A DNA stretch of 60,802 bases, the filler included, from Trichosphaerium sp. ATCC 40318 (lineage: Eukaryota; Protista; Tubulinea): assembly GCA_038496445.1 (NCBI GenBank). It is 4 parts of 4 records of this genome, joined end to end, with 100 filler letters (N's around TTAATTAATTAA, not from the genome) between each part and the next. Parts side by side here need not be neighbours in the genome. Positions count along the whole stretch, not along the records: positions 16,155 to 27,353 come from JALMLS010000280.1; positions 27,454 to 47,965 come from JALMLS010000272.1; 2 more parts are not named here. The stretch is one strand, 5' to 3'. The first letter of the stretch is position 1; each line of letters opens with the position of its first letter. Below the pieces are notes generated by a model that saw only the letters and a list, made by a program, of their open reading frames with translations, did no database searches and was not told where the DNA came from. A program made the translations under genes and the position numbers. Shown one piece after another: positions 26,000 to 38,822 of the stretch.

Positions 26000-26990
26000 T
26001 TATGTTCGTATGATAATAGTGTTCTCTCCTGCAATTCCAAGTCTTGCGTCCTCAGCAACAAGTTGTCTGAGAGCCTCTTCAAACTCGTCTCTAGGTACTC
26101 TAACATCGCTTTGATCAAGCAACTTATTATACAATACGCCCATCTTCATTGTAGGCGAGTTATGAGAATGAACTAACTTTTTAAGTTCTGTTGATAATGT
26201 GCTCAGCTTATCTTTATAAGATGAAGAGTGACCAGTCTATAAGAAGAAAGAGAATAAGAACACAAACAATTACGTGTAACCAAACGAAATAAAACAAAAA
26301 GAGTAATAAAACAACTTATCAGTAACTCAAAAGAGGCCTCGGACATTAAATTTCTTATCCGTTAGCAAAACCATTTTTTCTTGTTTTTTTCTTGCAATGT
26401 CTTTAAACAGCAACAAATTTACATTTGTAAAAGACAAGGTAACGTAGTAAAGATTTCATTCAAAACGCATATTATCTGTTGAGTTGATGGTAAAAAGATA
26501 AAAAGGAAACGTACTTGTAGTAGATCAATATTGATACGTCCAGTTCTTGGATCAGTGGCTGCTTGTTGTAATGCAACTTTCATTAGATGTATAGCTTGTG
26601 AGACATCACCAGGCTCTACGATATTAGATAATCGCATACGTGCCAATCCCTACCACACGTCAATACGTTGTACCATTGAGAAAGAAGAAAAGCGCCAAAG
26701 CTGCTCCAAAATTAAGGGAAAAAAGTTGCTTTTAGCTCTTAAGCGGCGACAGCAGTTTATTACTAAATATCGCTTCATGAACAGCACAAATGTGGTTTTT
26801 TGTATTGTATGTACTACGTTGAGGAGTTTTTATGTTTAAAAATATGACAGCAATAGCAGTAACATCAAAAATCGAAAATCGTTTCACATTTTTTTTATAA
26901 GTTATAAAAACACGGACCTCAGCGATACGAATAAGCGATTCAAGCTGCCTTGGTGTAGCAGAGATCGTTCTTCTAGATGTGCCCATTTGA
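26000..26990 (-). CDS. MCM4: DNA replication licensing factor MCM4, 3' exons only
   Basis: Motifs ISATPRQLESLIRIAE, ARMRLSNIVEPGDVSQAIHLMKVALQQAATDPRTGRINIDLL and TGHSSS, followed by a C-terminal winged helix. Confidence 0.85.
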
Positions 26991-27048
26991 AGAATAGATA
27001 CATAACTTGAAGTTCGAACGATTCAGCTTCTTTTTACTCTCGATACTA

Positions 27049-27353
27049 TCAGCATCTAAGTTTTTTGATAGCAGTGATTGCTTCTCTGACTTTCGCAGAG
27101 TTGAGTCTACTCGCATTAAGCACTTCATGAGCATCTGGTATATCAGCTCCTGGTCCTTTAGAAGCTTCAACCTTAAGCTCTTTCTCTAATTTCAACTCCT
27201 GATCGAGGTATCGTTCCATAGAGTTCAGTTGAGCTTCATTGTCCTGTAAGGTATCTCTGATTTCATTAGCATAAGTCATTGTAATCCTCGACTGATCTTT
27301 TGCTACTACAGCTACAGAGTCACTATAGTTACCAGTAGATGGCATCATAGACT
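27049..27353 (-). CDS. Coiled-coil coding fragment at the contig edge, not MCM-like
   Basis: 99-aa ORF (EIRDTLQDNEAQLNSMERYLDQELKLEKEL) running off the contig. Confidence 0.35.
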
Positions 27354-27453
27354 NNNNNNNNNNNNNNNNNNNNNNNNNNNNNNNNNNNNNNNNNNNNTTA
27401 ATTAATTAANNNNNNNNNNNNNNNNNNNNNNNNNNNNNNNNNNNNNNNNNNNN
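27354..27453. other. Artificial contig linker
   Basis: N-TTAATTAATTAA-N. Confidence 0.98.
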
Positions 27454-29953
27454 TTTCTATCGCTAACGAAGTGCTTTGAACAGAGCTGAAGGTCCAGTTT
27501 CGTTTATAAATAGGAACGGTTTATCTGCTTTCAGTGGTGATATAAATATTTCAGACGGTGTGACCGTTGATATGTCAGTGGTATGTGCGCATACTCTATA
27601 TTAATAGACACTTGTAAAAAATCTTCCCTTACATTTTTTTTTCCGTGCCCAGAATTCTAGCGTGGACAGCACTGTTACTGGCGGTTTCATTGGATTTTAT
27701 GGTGTTTTAAGATTCACGGGGATGTCTTCTATTACTGATGTAACAATAAGCGATAGCGTTAATCTTGATACTTCAGTGGAAAATGTACTATCGTTCGATG
27801 GAAAAATGGATAATGCTAATATAATCTGGAGAAGTTCTCAGCCTCTTCGTGTCGGTGCGTGAAACAGAAATTCTCATCAAAATAGCCTTCAAACAAACAA
27901 GCGCCACATTTAACAACTTACTTTATTATTATGCACGCACGTGCTAGTTTATAACTTTTTTTTGGTTCTCATATTTTTCTTTTTTTTAGAGCAAGTGAGC
28001 AGAGAGGTGAATGTCACTTTGAATACTGTTGCTTCTGCTGGTGACCTTATTCTTGCCAAAATATCAGCTGAGATTGCAGATCTTGCTATAAATAGAGTTC
28101 TGCGACTAATAGAAGGGTACATAAATCCCTGTGCTTGTTTATTAACCTACCATTTCTTAGAGCAAGGGTTGAAGCGACTATACTCCCAATGCAGTTTATG
28201 CTATCAACGTCCATTGAAGAATCTCAGCTCATACTATACACAGAAAATGAAGCAGGAGTGGTATTAAACGTAGACGCAGGAGCAGGGAGCACACTGACAA
28301 TTAGAAAAGGACTATTCAATTTAACAAGCGTAGTGGTATTACTTTGGGTTTAAATTTTTTTCAAACCATTTTGACCTATTTTTAGGACTTGACTGATTCG
28401 CAATCCCCTTTGAACATAATTGTTAATACGGCTGGTGTACTCTTTAAGAAAACAAACACTGTGGCATCAGTGACATCTATATCTCTTATATCTGGAGGAG
28501 CGCTAGGATTCCAGATCCTTTCGCTTGATGATATACAAACAAGCGGAACATTTTCTTCTGAGTTTGTCAGCAATATTTTCGGAGGCGAGTCGAGAATCAT
28601 TGTAGAATTCAGCGAATCTATAACTGCACCAAGTGAGCCAGTGGAAATATTGCTCATAGAGTAAGTATAACATCCAAACATACGCTATTTTTTTTGTCAA
28701 CGACAGTGTAATTGCTAATCTTATTTTTTTCTTGATTAGAACAATGGGGTTTTTTGATGAGTTGCCTACACTCGAAACGTCATACACTGGAAGTGATACA
28801 AGACTTAAAACAGATTTGAACGGGATCGTACTAGTCATAGAACCAGCAGTACCGTCATCACCAACCGACGCTCCAACAACAGCAGAACCAACAGCATCAC
28901 CAACATTAGAGCCAACAACCACACCACAACCAACATTATCGCCAACGCTTTCGCCTACTGTAGCTCCAACCAACGCTCCAACAGCACCTCCAACAGCACC
29001 TCCAACAGCGCCTCCAACAGCGCCTCCAACTAACGCGCCTACAAACGCGCCAACGGCTCCTCCTACAATCGCTCCAACGAATGCACCTGTACCTCCGCCA
29101 ACAGATGCTCCAACGAATGCTCCTGTGGCTTCTCCAACAGCACCGCCAACAAACGCACCGTTCACAGATGCTCCAACTAATGCTCCTGTTGCTCCTCCAA
29201 CATTAGTACCAACGAGTAATCCATCGCTATCACCTACCACTGCCCCTGTTTCAACACCTACAGCACCACCTACAAACCCACCTACAGATATGCCAACAGC
29301 AGCTCCAACAGACGCTCCTACTCAAACTGACGCACCAACAGATGCTCCAACGAATGCTCCTGTGGCTCCACCAACAGATGCCCCTACAAACGCTCCAGTT
29401 ACAGATGCGCCTACTAATGCTCCTGTGGCTCCACCAACAGCTGCTCCATCGAACCCACCTACAGATGCCCCTACGACAGAACCGCCAACGGATGTGCCAA
29501 CAGATGCCCCTACGACGGAACCACCAACGGATGCGCCAACAACTGCACCTACAACTCAAGAGCCTTCGGTGGAACCAACACCACAACCTACTAGTAGTGC
29601 TCCAGTTAGTGTTATGCAACCAACATTTGAACCAACACCTGCACCTACAACAAGAGCACCAAGGGCTCCATTAGGATCCCAACTAGTTTTTTGTCTCCAG
29701 GCTCTTCTCCGTCCAACTCAAGATGGTTGTTTGTACGTACTTTTTTTTTCTTACTGTTTGACACTAACAACATCGAATTAATAGGTGCACTTCAGTAGCT
29801 TGTGAGAATGTGGGAGGTGGTTTCTTGTGTCCAAAACCAAATGGCCAAGATTGTACTAGGACCTATCCGACCACAAGTGAGTTAAAAACTGTAACACTGA
29901 CAAAGAATTATGCGTTCGGACGTGGAACATGTACATGTGAGTTTTTAGTTTAG
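27454..29953 (+). CDS. 5'-truncated extracellular protein: beta-rich N-terminal region, long PT(D/N)AP stalk and Cys-rich C-terminal domain
   Basis: Spliced exons 27454-28660, PT-repeat ORF 28732-29781, last exon CTSVACENVGGGFLCPKPNGQDC...CTCEFLV*. Confidence 0.65.
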
Positions 29954-30164
29954 AACCATCTAATTATAACCATAAAAATAAAAAACAACACCTAAACAAC
30001 CAATTCATTCTTTCGCCTTGATCCAAGCACATAAATCTCGAAGGGTATCCAACCACATCTACTTTGTAAACTCGCTTTTTTAACCAATCAAGCATTTATA
30101 AATAAAATAAGCTTGTTTCTTTTGGTGTTGCAGTTAGACAAAAACTAGGCGTTGTCTTTGTTTA

Positions 30165-31779
30165 TTATTGCGGGACTTCGATAGGTTGTACAGCGGTATA
30201 ACTAAAATCCTCGTGTCCAGTAGTTACGCCATTAAACAAGTACGCTGGCCATCCTTGATCATTGAATAATACCTGTGAGCGTTCTCTCCTAACTACTGAT
30301 ACTTTTTGACCGTTCTCAAGAGATATCTCATTTGTAAATGCAGGTGCCCATGTAGATACTTCCCAGTCTATTCCATCAGGAGAAAAGGCAGTATGCCAAT
30401 GCCCAGTGTAATGTGGTAAGGAAGGTGAGTAATTTCCTCCTTGGAACAACATATGAAATGATCCTAAAATAAAACAATGTTAACACAAGTTGTATTATTA
30501 TGTTATTTCACTTCTTTTCCATTGTAGATCTATTGAAAATCCAAAACTTTGAGAGGTTAATATTTTAACGTTTTGGTGAAACCAGCTTAACATACAGTTG
30601 GTTGCGAAATAAAGCTGCAAAAACTGAAATAGCTGAAAAAAAAAAGTGTTAAAAAAAAAGAGCATGCACGTGCCGTCAGCAGGTTGTCTCCAGACATAAG
30701 CGTCTTCTCCATAAACAGGAATATTTTTACTTTCTGAGTAAGGCCCTTTCCAACTTGGAGCAGTAGCGATAGCGTATTGACGACAAAACCCTTGGGCTGA
30801 GCATCCAATTTTGTGAAACATGAGGATAGAACCTGTAAAAATAAAAGGCTATTAGTTTGTGCTTACTAATAAGTGCCGTTTCGTACCATTTGGGAATATG
30901 AATGGACTTGGGTTATTAAACGTCCATCCATTACTACCTTTGAATATCTTCCAAGGACCATTAAGACTAGGACTGTAAAGAACATTCGGCAAACCAGATG
31001 ATTCAATATCATATATTCCTAAATCTCTTTTACTACCACAAGTGCCGTTTGTTACTCCATTAGAGCACTTCATTCTATCTTTTGCTGGAACACCCCTTTA
31101 ATAAAAACAAACAATGTTAGCTAGCATGCGAGTCAAGTACAAGTGCGTTAGAAATGTAAAAAAGGGTGGACTTACTGTCCAATGTGAAAGATGAGATACA
31201 ACTTGTCTATTGGATCATAGTGAAGTGTGGTTATGCGCAAAAGGGTTCATCAAGGTTTCATGCTGTATATAAGGTCCTTGCGGGGTATCGGATATAGCAT
31301 GTGCTTGGCGAAAAGTGAGTTGACAACACTTGCTATAGAAACAAACTGTCGTACAAATAGCACTGTTACACTCCCATGAATTCAAACCGCAGTTATTCTC
31401 CATATTAGCCATAAACATGTGATACGAACCGTCATCTCCTTTCAAAACAGAACCTCCCCAGCTTGAAGAGTTAGATCTGTAAAAAGCTTTCGAAGTTTGA
31501 GCTGGTTTCAAGTTAAGAAGAGTGCAGTTGTTGCCTGGATGTATTAAATTAACAAAATTGAAGCCATTTAAAGATAGGAGCGCTTTTATTACCTGTCCAT
31601 GTTGAATAGCATTCGCATTTCGAAGAGACGCATTTCCCTCCATATCCACAATCGCGTTCGCTTGTACAAGCGCTTGTACCTATTTACGTTGAGTATACAT
31701 ACCTGCAATCTTTTTAAACGTTATTACCATACGCAAACACGAATACAATACATAAACAAATGAATAAACGGGCTAGCAT
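30165..31779 (-). CDS. Secreted GH43-like five-bladed beta-propeller glycosidase with an N-terminal EGF-like module
   Basis: Signal peptide MLARLFICLCIVFVFA. EGF-like CTSERDCGYGGKCVSSKCECYSTWTGNNC. Propeller motifs SWGGSV, YHMF, HAISDTPQGPY, FAHNH, NNPSP, APSWKGPY, EDAYVW, FHMLF, HTAFSPDGIDW and RRERSQVLF. Confidence 0.8.
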
Positions 31780-32335
31780 CACACGAAGAAACGATAAATA
31801 AAAATGGCGCACGTGTGAGTTTTCTGTTAAGTGAGTCAAATAGTCCAAACATGAAATCATTGGAAACATTACATTTACCAGAACCTAGCTTAATAACAAG
31901 CGCTTTGACCGCTACTATCGTTTTTTTGTTGCAATTAGTAAAAAGAAATAGCAATGACATCGAAACGGGTTACCTGACACAAACTCAGACATCACAAACT
32001 TATTTTCGGTCCCTGTTGAGACTATCTTGAATATTGTCATCAATGGTAGCCCACGTGGCATTATCTAGGATAATTACAAACAAGTTTCGTTAAACGACAC
32101 AATACAAACTGAAGAAGAATCTACAAACGTTAACCACCAGAAATGGGGTTCTAAAGCTGAAGAAATAGAGAATCGTGTCCACAAAAAACAAGTAGAAAAC
32201 ATGAGGAAATAAGTATTTCGTCAAATCGAAATTCTATGGGTTTGTTGAAAAATTCTATTTTTATCAACCACTATTTTCTAATGTAGTCAAGTACAACAAT
32301 AACACCAATTTATAACGTAACGGGAAGCACCTTGA

Positions 32336-33231
32336 ATGACTGAATGTAGGATAGCTGTATTTGGGAGCGGTGGTGTTGGAAAATCAGCACTTACGAGACA
32401 ATTAATAAGCAACCACTTCAGTGATGAATACGACCCTACCATAGAAGATTCGTAAGCGTTTTAATCAACTACAAACACTTTTTACGCAGTTTACTCGTCT
32501 TTTTGTTCAAAAGCGTTAAAACGGTTATGTAGGTATAGTAAAACATTTATTGTAGACGAAGAGACGCTTCTCTTGGAAATTCTTCATGTAGCAGGAACAG
32601 AAATATTCACTGCAATGCGTGATCAAGTAAGCACTTTGTCAGCTGCCATGTGTAACTAACGTATTCGTTAACGTACAGTTCATGAGAATAGGTGAAGGAT
32701 TTTTACTTGTTTACGCTATTACAAGCCGTGCATCTTTTGAAGAACTACCAGATTTCTATGACCAAGTTAGAAGGTACGGAACACATGATAAGTTGACAAT
32801 CCAATTACCCTCCTGGATCATAGCATCCATGACAGCCAGACTACCAATAGTCAAACATGTGCTACACAAACATTTCCCCTTCTATCCAAGGTTGAGGGAG
32901 CTTTTAGAGTAAAGAATAAACGTCAACTTTCTTTTTCCATTATTTTATCAAAAAAGGTTTTTGCTGATATTGGATTAGGGTCAAGGATCTAGATTCTGTC
33001 CCTTTAGTAATAGTTGGGAATAAAGTTGATTTAGAAGAACAAAGAGCAGTTACTAAAGAAGAAGGAGAAGAGCTTGGAAAGCATTACAGCATTCCTTTTT
33101 TTGAGACATCAGCTAAAACACGTGAAAATGTTGAAGAAGCTTTTTATCAACTTGTACGAGAGATAAGGAAGCGCCGAGATTCAGTTACATCAAAACCTAT
33201 CAAACAAAATAGACAGTGTGCTATGATGTAA
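32336..33231 (+). CDS. Ras-family GTPase paralog A (4 exons), divergent G3 box
   Basis: Motifs [24 protein letters not shown] (instead of DTAGQE), NKVD, ETSAK and CAAX-like CAMM*. Confidence 0.9.
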
Positions 33232-34009
33232 AAAGCCACTCGGTAGAGGTTAAGTAGCTTCAGAAATGTGGACAAACATTTTGGTAAGCCAAATGTACAA
33301 TAAATAGAATAATAAAATAGACATTTGTGGAATGGTGAATGAGTACATTGAGAAAAAAGCTGTTAAATATAACATCTACCTAGCTGAAAGCAATGTTGTA
33401 GTTGCTTCTATTAACAATGGTCAAGAAATAGTAATTAAAAGCCATGCACAGTGCAAAGCGAAATGTCCATTAAAACCAAATCTAGTTTCTTTGTGATAGC
33501 TATGTTCGTTTACCGGCTTATCCACTTATTAAAGAAGAAAGCCGTACTAGTGGTTTTTCGGAATGAACGCCCCAAAGCATCTTTGAGCTAGTAGAAATGT
33601 AAACGAGAGTTACGGCTCGTTGACAGTAGAATATTTTTAAAACAGCTTCTGGGCAAAAGATAAGCAAGGAAGATAATAGAAGAGATCAACAGCGAGAAGA
33701 AAAAGCATGTGATAGATCTGATGATAAACGTGGTGATGAAGATGTAAAAAACGATGATGAACGTGATAGGCGGCGTAGTGATGATAAAAAATCAGTTGAT
33801 GGGTCACCAAAAAAAAAAAAAAGAAAACTATGGATACTCGGTTTATAGCAAATGCTCAGAAAAATGTTAAAAATGTGTTACAGAAATCGATAAATACAGG
33901 TTAAACAAACGGAATTCAATTCAGAATCTGGAATTTTGATTGCTTTTTCTTCAAAACTGTTACTTTCAATGAAAAGAATACCACCAAGTTTAACGTCGAA
34001 AAATCATAA

Positions 34010-34267
<258 letters not shown>

Positions 34268-34489
34268 TATAGCCACTAATAAGCTCCCTTGTAAATAAAA
34301 AATGTACAGCCTACGAATTGCCGTTTACTGTAAGGTATGTTTGTTGTCATAACATTTTATCAGTCACCATATTTATTCGCCACAAGTAGCGAGTACCAGT
34401 ATCACTTTTTTCGTAACAGGTTTCATGTCATTTTATGAAAGATTGGTTTGGAGCAACTCCAAATGTCAACTCTTAGTGAGCAAAAATGT

Positions 34490-34690
34490 AGGATTGCTTA
34501 AGAATGGGTCAGTCCCGACGCGTAGGCAAATAAAAGTAAAGCAAAGAAACTTGTGATTCTGTAATTCCACATTTCAAGATGCCAAGTTCTTCAAACAAGA
34601 GTCTGTTATATCCCAGCATTGATCATTACTTAAGCTTTTAACATTGTTAACGATGTCATTCCTTCATCTGTTATTTGAGTTTATCAGAAC
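34490..34690 (-). pseudogene. Degraded LRR (Cys-containing type) fragment
   Basis: TQITDEGMTSL and NVKSLSNDQCWDITDSCLKNL, with a frameshift and stops. Confidence 0.35.
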
Positions 34691-35056
34691 TTAAGTTGTC
34701 ACGTGGTTGGTTGAAAAGAAATTGCTTTATTTATGACTTGTACAAGTAAGATTTACAATATTGCTATTAACCAATGAACAATGTCCATAAACCTCTTCAT
34801 AGTGCATCATGAAGCGTTCTTTAAATGTTTTAACTTGTACAAATACTTGAAGAGGAAACACATCAGGTGTTTTAGCATCTGCAACATGAATGTGACAACG
34901 TTTTCCTTGAAGAGAAAAGGTTCCTGGGGAACATTTTTCAGAGAACATGCGAAATGGAAGCCTAAAGCCTACTTGGGGTGCTAGTGATCTGTCGAAAAGG
35001 AAAGGTATTTCATACGTTTTTTTATCACCTGGTTTTAAGATTACAGTAAAATTATG

Positions 35057-37779
35057 GTGACTAGGAAAATGCCAACTTTTGTCAACTTTTTTTTGTCAAC
35101 TATTTGTCAATCCGCTATCAATGACTCTGACCATGCTATATTGTTGATTGACTTGACTACAGTTACATTGGATACATGTAAGACAATGGAATAGTATTTG
35201 AATTCTGATTTTGGCTTTGGGTAAAGGTGTGAACATGTGTAATATTTTGTTGACAAAACTTTTTTTCAGCGACAATACCATTTTCAATTGTTTCAGATAC
35301 TGAAAATCACCCCTCAGTGGAATTATATGCCGTTATAAATCAAAATAAAGTGTATGTACGTAATAGAACAAATTAAAAGTCAATAAAATTTATTTAAGTT
35401 GGTTGGCGAGATACTTTTTGAGTACACTTTTTTTAATTGTTATGGTTTTTTTCCTTCGTAGCTGCAGTCATGTTAATTAACCAAAAAACTTCTTACTTAC
35501 CTTTAATGGAGCTTTAAGACGTTGATTATGTTGGAGGCGTTGCTTTTTCTCCATCTTTTTTTTTTTAGCAGCTCTTTTTGCTTGTCTTTGTGCTTTAATT
35601 TTCAAAAGTGGGGTATTTAGTTTCTTCACTTTGACAACGTTAATTTCATATACCATAACAGTATTGGTCACTTACACCTCTTCTCAATTTTCTCAGCTTG
35701 ATCTTTTCGCCTCTTTAAAGTGACACTCTTAGGTGTGCCCACAGCTATTCCAATAACTGTGCGTTGACCATCTTTTAAGCTGCAAGTAGCAAACTTTACC
35801 AGTGAAGAAAAAACAACATCACAAGGACGTTTCCTTGTACCCTCATATGAGAGCACCTTTTTAACAGCACTGTTGTTACCTTCACTGATGTTATTGGTAC
35901 GCGTATGCTCCCAAGGGGTATCAGTAACTGTCCATAGCGCCCATGTAGATGGAGGACATCTAGTATAAAAAATGTAAGGTAAAAAAAAAGCAATAATTAA
36001 TAAACAAGTATTGAATAACGTACTTGGTGACTTCATCAGTAACATTCATGTATGTGTTGGCTAGGTACTTAATGTATGCTCTACAGTCATTTGTTTTTTC
36101 AAGTGCTTCCTTCTGAAAGGAATTCCAATAACGATAAAACTTTTTCTCATTTTTTTCATATAGTAAAGTTGTTGACACCAACTTACACCATCTATTCTCC
36201 TCTTCACGCCCTTCTTTCTTCATACCCAGCTCTGACCGCTTTCTTCTGTGCGCTTCAGCAATATGGTAGATACATTGGGATATTTTTAAAGGGCCCAGTA
36301 CATTTACAGCTGCTGAATAAAATATGAGTCTTCTAAACAAAAAATACAAAAAAGTTTACCTCGTTTCATATTTGTTTCTCCATCAGTCATCAACCGCTGA
36401 AAAGGCACTCCACATACACTTTTTAGATGCATGAATGCATACTCATACTCAGGAAGGTTCTTGGCATGCATGATTGCAAAGCTAATGCAGGTTCCTTTAG
36501 TACGCTTAGCTCCTTCTGCTTTCACCCAAAAAAACAAAGCCTACAAAAAAAAATAAAGAAGAGTTGTGCCTGTGTAGCTCTCACCTGCGCATTAATATCT
36601 GCTATTCCGTAGGTGCCATCAACAAAGAGTACACTGTTATCAAAATCACGTAAATAAGTGTTTAACTCAGGGTGAACAAATGATATGACATCATTCGTTG
36701 CCTGAACAATTCGTGAGGACAAAGGATGCATTAACCGAATGTTTGAGTACACCTAGTTTGTGTTAGTGTAAAAACATTTCTAATTAACCAAAAATAATAC
36801 CTCGTGGTGCATTTCGTGCCTACGGTGTACCTTACGCGCAAGGTATGCCATGTTGTCCGTGCTAGGTATTTCTGACGAATTCAGCGGATCATGAGCATCA
36901 TTCTCCAAAAATGATTTATACTGTACAGAAAATGATAAGGGTAGTGTCTAGAATAATTTGACGTACCACACTAAGCGGAGGTATCCCTCTTTCAATATCT
37001 TGTTCTATACTCCTTTTAACGCTATTATTGAGCTTCAGCTTCGATATGTGCACAGGACAGCACTCTTTTACATGTCCTAAACAAATATATTTACCATTTT
37101 GTTTAAAACAAATAAAAATACCTTCAGTTTCCTTTATGTTTAGTATTGACGTGCCTCTTCCATGTTTTGAGAGTATTTGTAATTTAGCTTTGCACTTACC
37201 GCGGTTTTTACAACGGTAATACCATGTGGTCAAATTGCCTTTTTCAGCATGTCTGATGGGACTGTACTGCCGAGCCCATCTTTTTTGAGGAGAACAATAA
37301 AAAATAGGAGTATTGCACTCCATCCATGTCAGCAATCCAATATTGCCCATTGTTGGTGTTGCTGGCCGTGTGGGGCATCTTTCTAGTGCTGTTAGCATTG
37401 CTAGTGTTTAATTGTGTGTTCAATCTTATTAAGTCTCACGCAAACTTTCAGAAAACACGGAAATGCATCTAACAAACGCTGTTAGAGCAAGTTTACCCTT
37501 TGTGTAAAAAACTCAGCCTAAAAATACTCAATGGTAGCATAGATACTGCTACAGCGCTTTTCTACGCATAGAAATGACATACAAGTAACACAGCTTGTGT
37601 AGATCAAACCTACAGTGAAAAAAAAAACCACGTGATTTGTACTTCCATGCCATGACACCAGAATATTATTGGAGGTATCACTACCTATTACAAGCACACA
37701 TCTTACCTGCACTACATAGTAAGAGATAGTTGACAGAATTGACAAATTGACAAAAAAAGTTGGCAAATTACCAATCACG
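35057..37779 (-). mobile_element. Mutator-like (MULE) DNA transposon, ~2.7 kb
   Basis: 9-bp TSD AAAATTATG at 35048-35056 and 37780-37788. Imperfect TIRs GTGACTAGGAAAATGCCAACTTTT and (rc) GTGATTGGTAATTTGCCAACTTTT. Internal MULE transposase. Confidence 0.9.
35400..37398 (-). CDS. MULE transposase (multi-exon) with an N-terminal WRKY/FLYWCH-type Zn finger
   Basis: YYRCKNRGKCKAKL..H; D1 FVDGTY; D2 LMTDGE; CxxH (CIYH); E in RTNNISEGNN. 3' end approximate. Confidence 0.88.
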
Positions 37780-38822
37780 AAAATTATGCATTCCAGTCCC
37801 GCATCTGTACCTTCTCCCATGAAAATCCGTCTTATTGTCTAAGTATCTGTGTTTATCCTTCACAGTAGGCTTCCAAATATATAAAACACTACCACCTTCA
37901 ATAACAGAACATTCTTCGATTTTGAAGCCATGACCAAGAAATACTTCTTCTTCGTTTACACCAATATTCTCGATTGTGAGTTTGAATGTTACTGTATCTC
38001 CTTTGTGAATCGTTATCTTATCGCATGTCAACTCTGATAGGACACAAGGAACAATTCTGTTTCGGTACTTTTTTTTCCACGTGGTCGCGTTGAAATCATA
38101 CAAAGTGGCTGGCATTTGCATAATCTTTGTATCTGGTAGCCACTTTTCTGTTTCAGGGCAGAATACTGAGGATACTAGTGTTAAACTTTTCTGTAATTCC
38201 GCTTCAGCTATGCTGTGGACTACCTTCTCTATTTCTTCGGCGTCGTAACCCCATTTCTTGTGGTATAAACGTTTAAAGATGTATTCTTCTTCAGTACGTA
38301 TTATTTCGTTTAAAGAGTGGTTTGATTGTTGTAATGAAGCTAAATCACGCCATGATAGGTTATTACTCACGATAATATTCAGCAATATCTCAATAGGCAT
38401 CGAAAACAAGTTTGTGGTGTCTGTGCATGTGCCAGAAGGAGAACTGCGCCTCGATGTTGCCATTCCTGTATCGGTTAAATAGAACTTTAAGCAAACAGAA
38501 AATTCTCCTAAGTGGGTGTAGTACTGTAATCCACATAATATCTTATCCATTCACATTAAACATATCTGATAGACATTTTGCTAAGGTGGTGCTCGACCAC
38601 GTTGAACCTGTGTTTGGTGCTTGTCCATGGAATCTTTCATAACTTAGTAAAGTAGTCTTTTCTTTCTGTGCAAACAAATTAGCAATGTCAATATTATTCA
38701 ACAACAATTACATGTCTATTTTCATAGGTATAGCAGAGTTGACTTGTCAACGCAAAGATTTAAAAGAGTGTATTGAGTAACATTGACAATTATGTTTATT
38801 GTTTGAAGTTGTAGTGGTGACT

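Larger units (their letters stand above)
34727..38463 (-). pseudogene. Intronless F-box protein gene split by a Mutator insertion
   Basis: F-box LFSMPIEILLNIIVSNNLSWRDLASLQQSNHSLNEII. Removing 35057-37779 plus one TSD rejoins ...GTGMHNF|TVILKPGDKKTYEIPF in frame with ORF 34727-34948. Confidence 0.85.

Noticed and set aside
33600-33850. Acidic/basic coding-like stretch upstream of ubiquitin
   Set aside because: Multiple stops and no start or recognisable domain; at most a decayed gene relic
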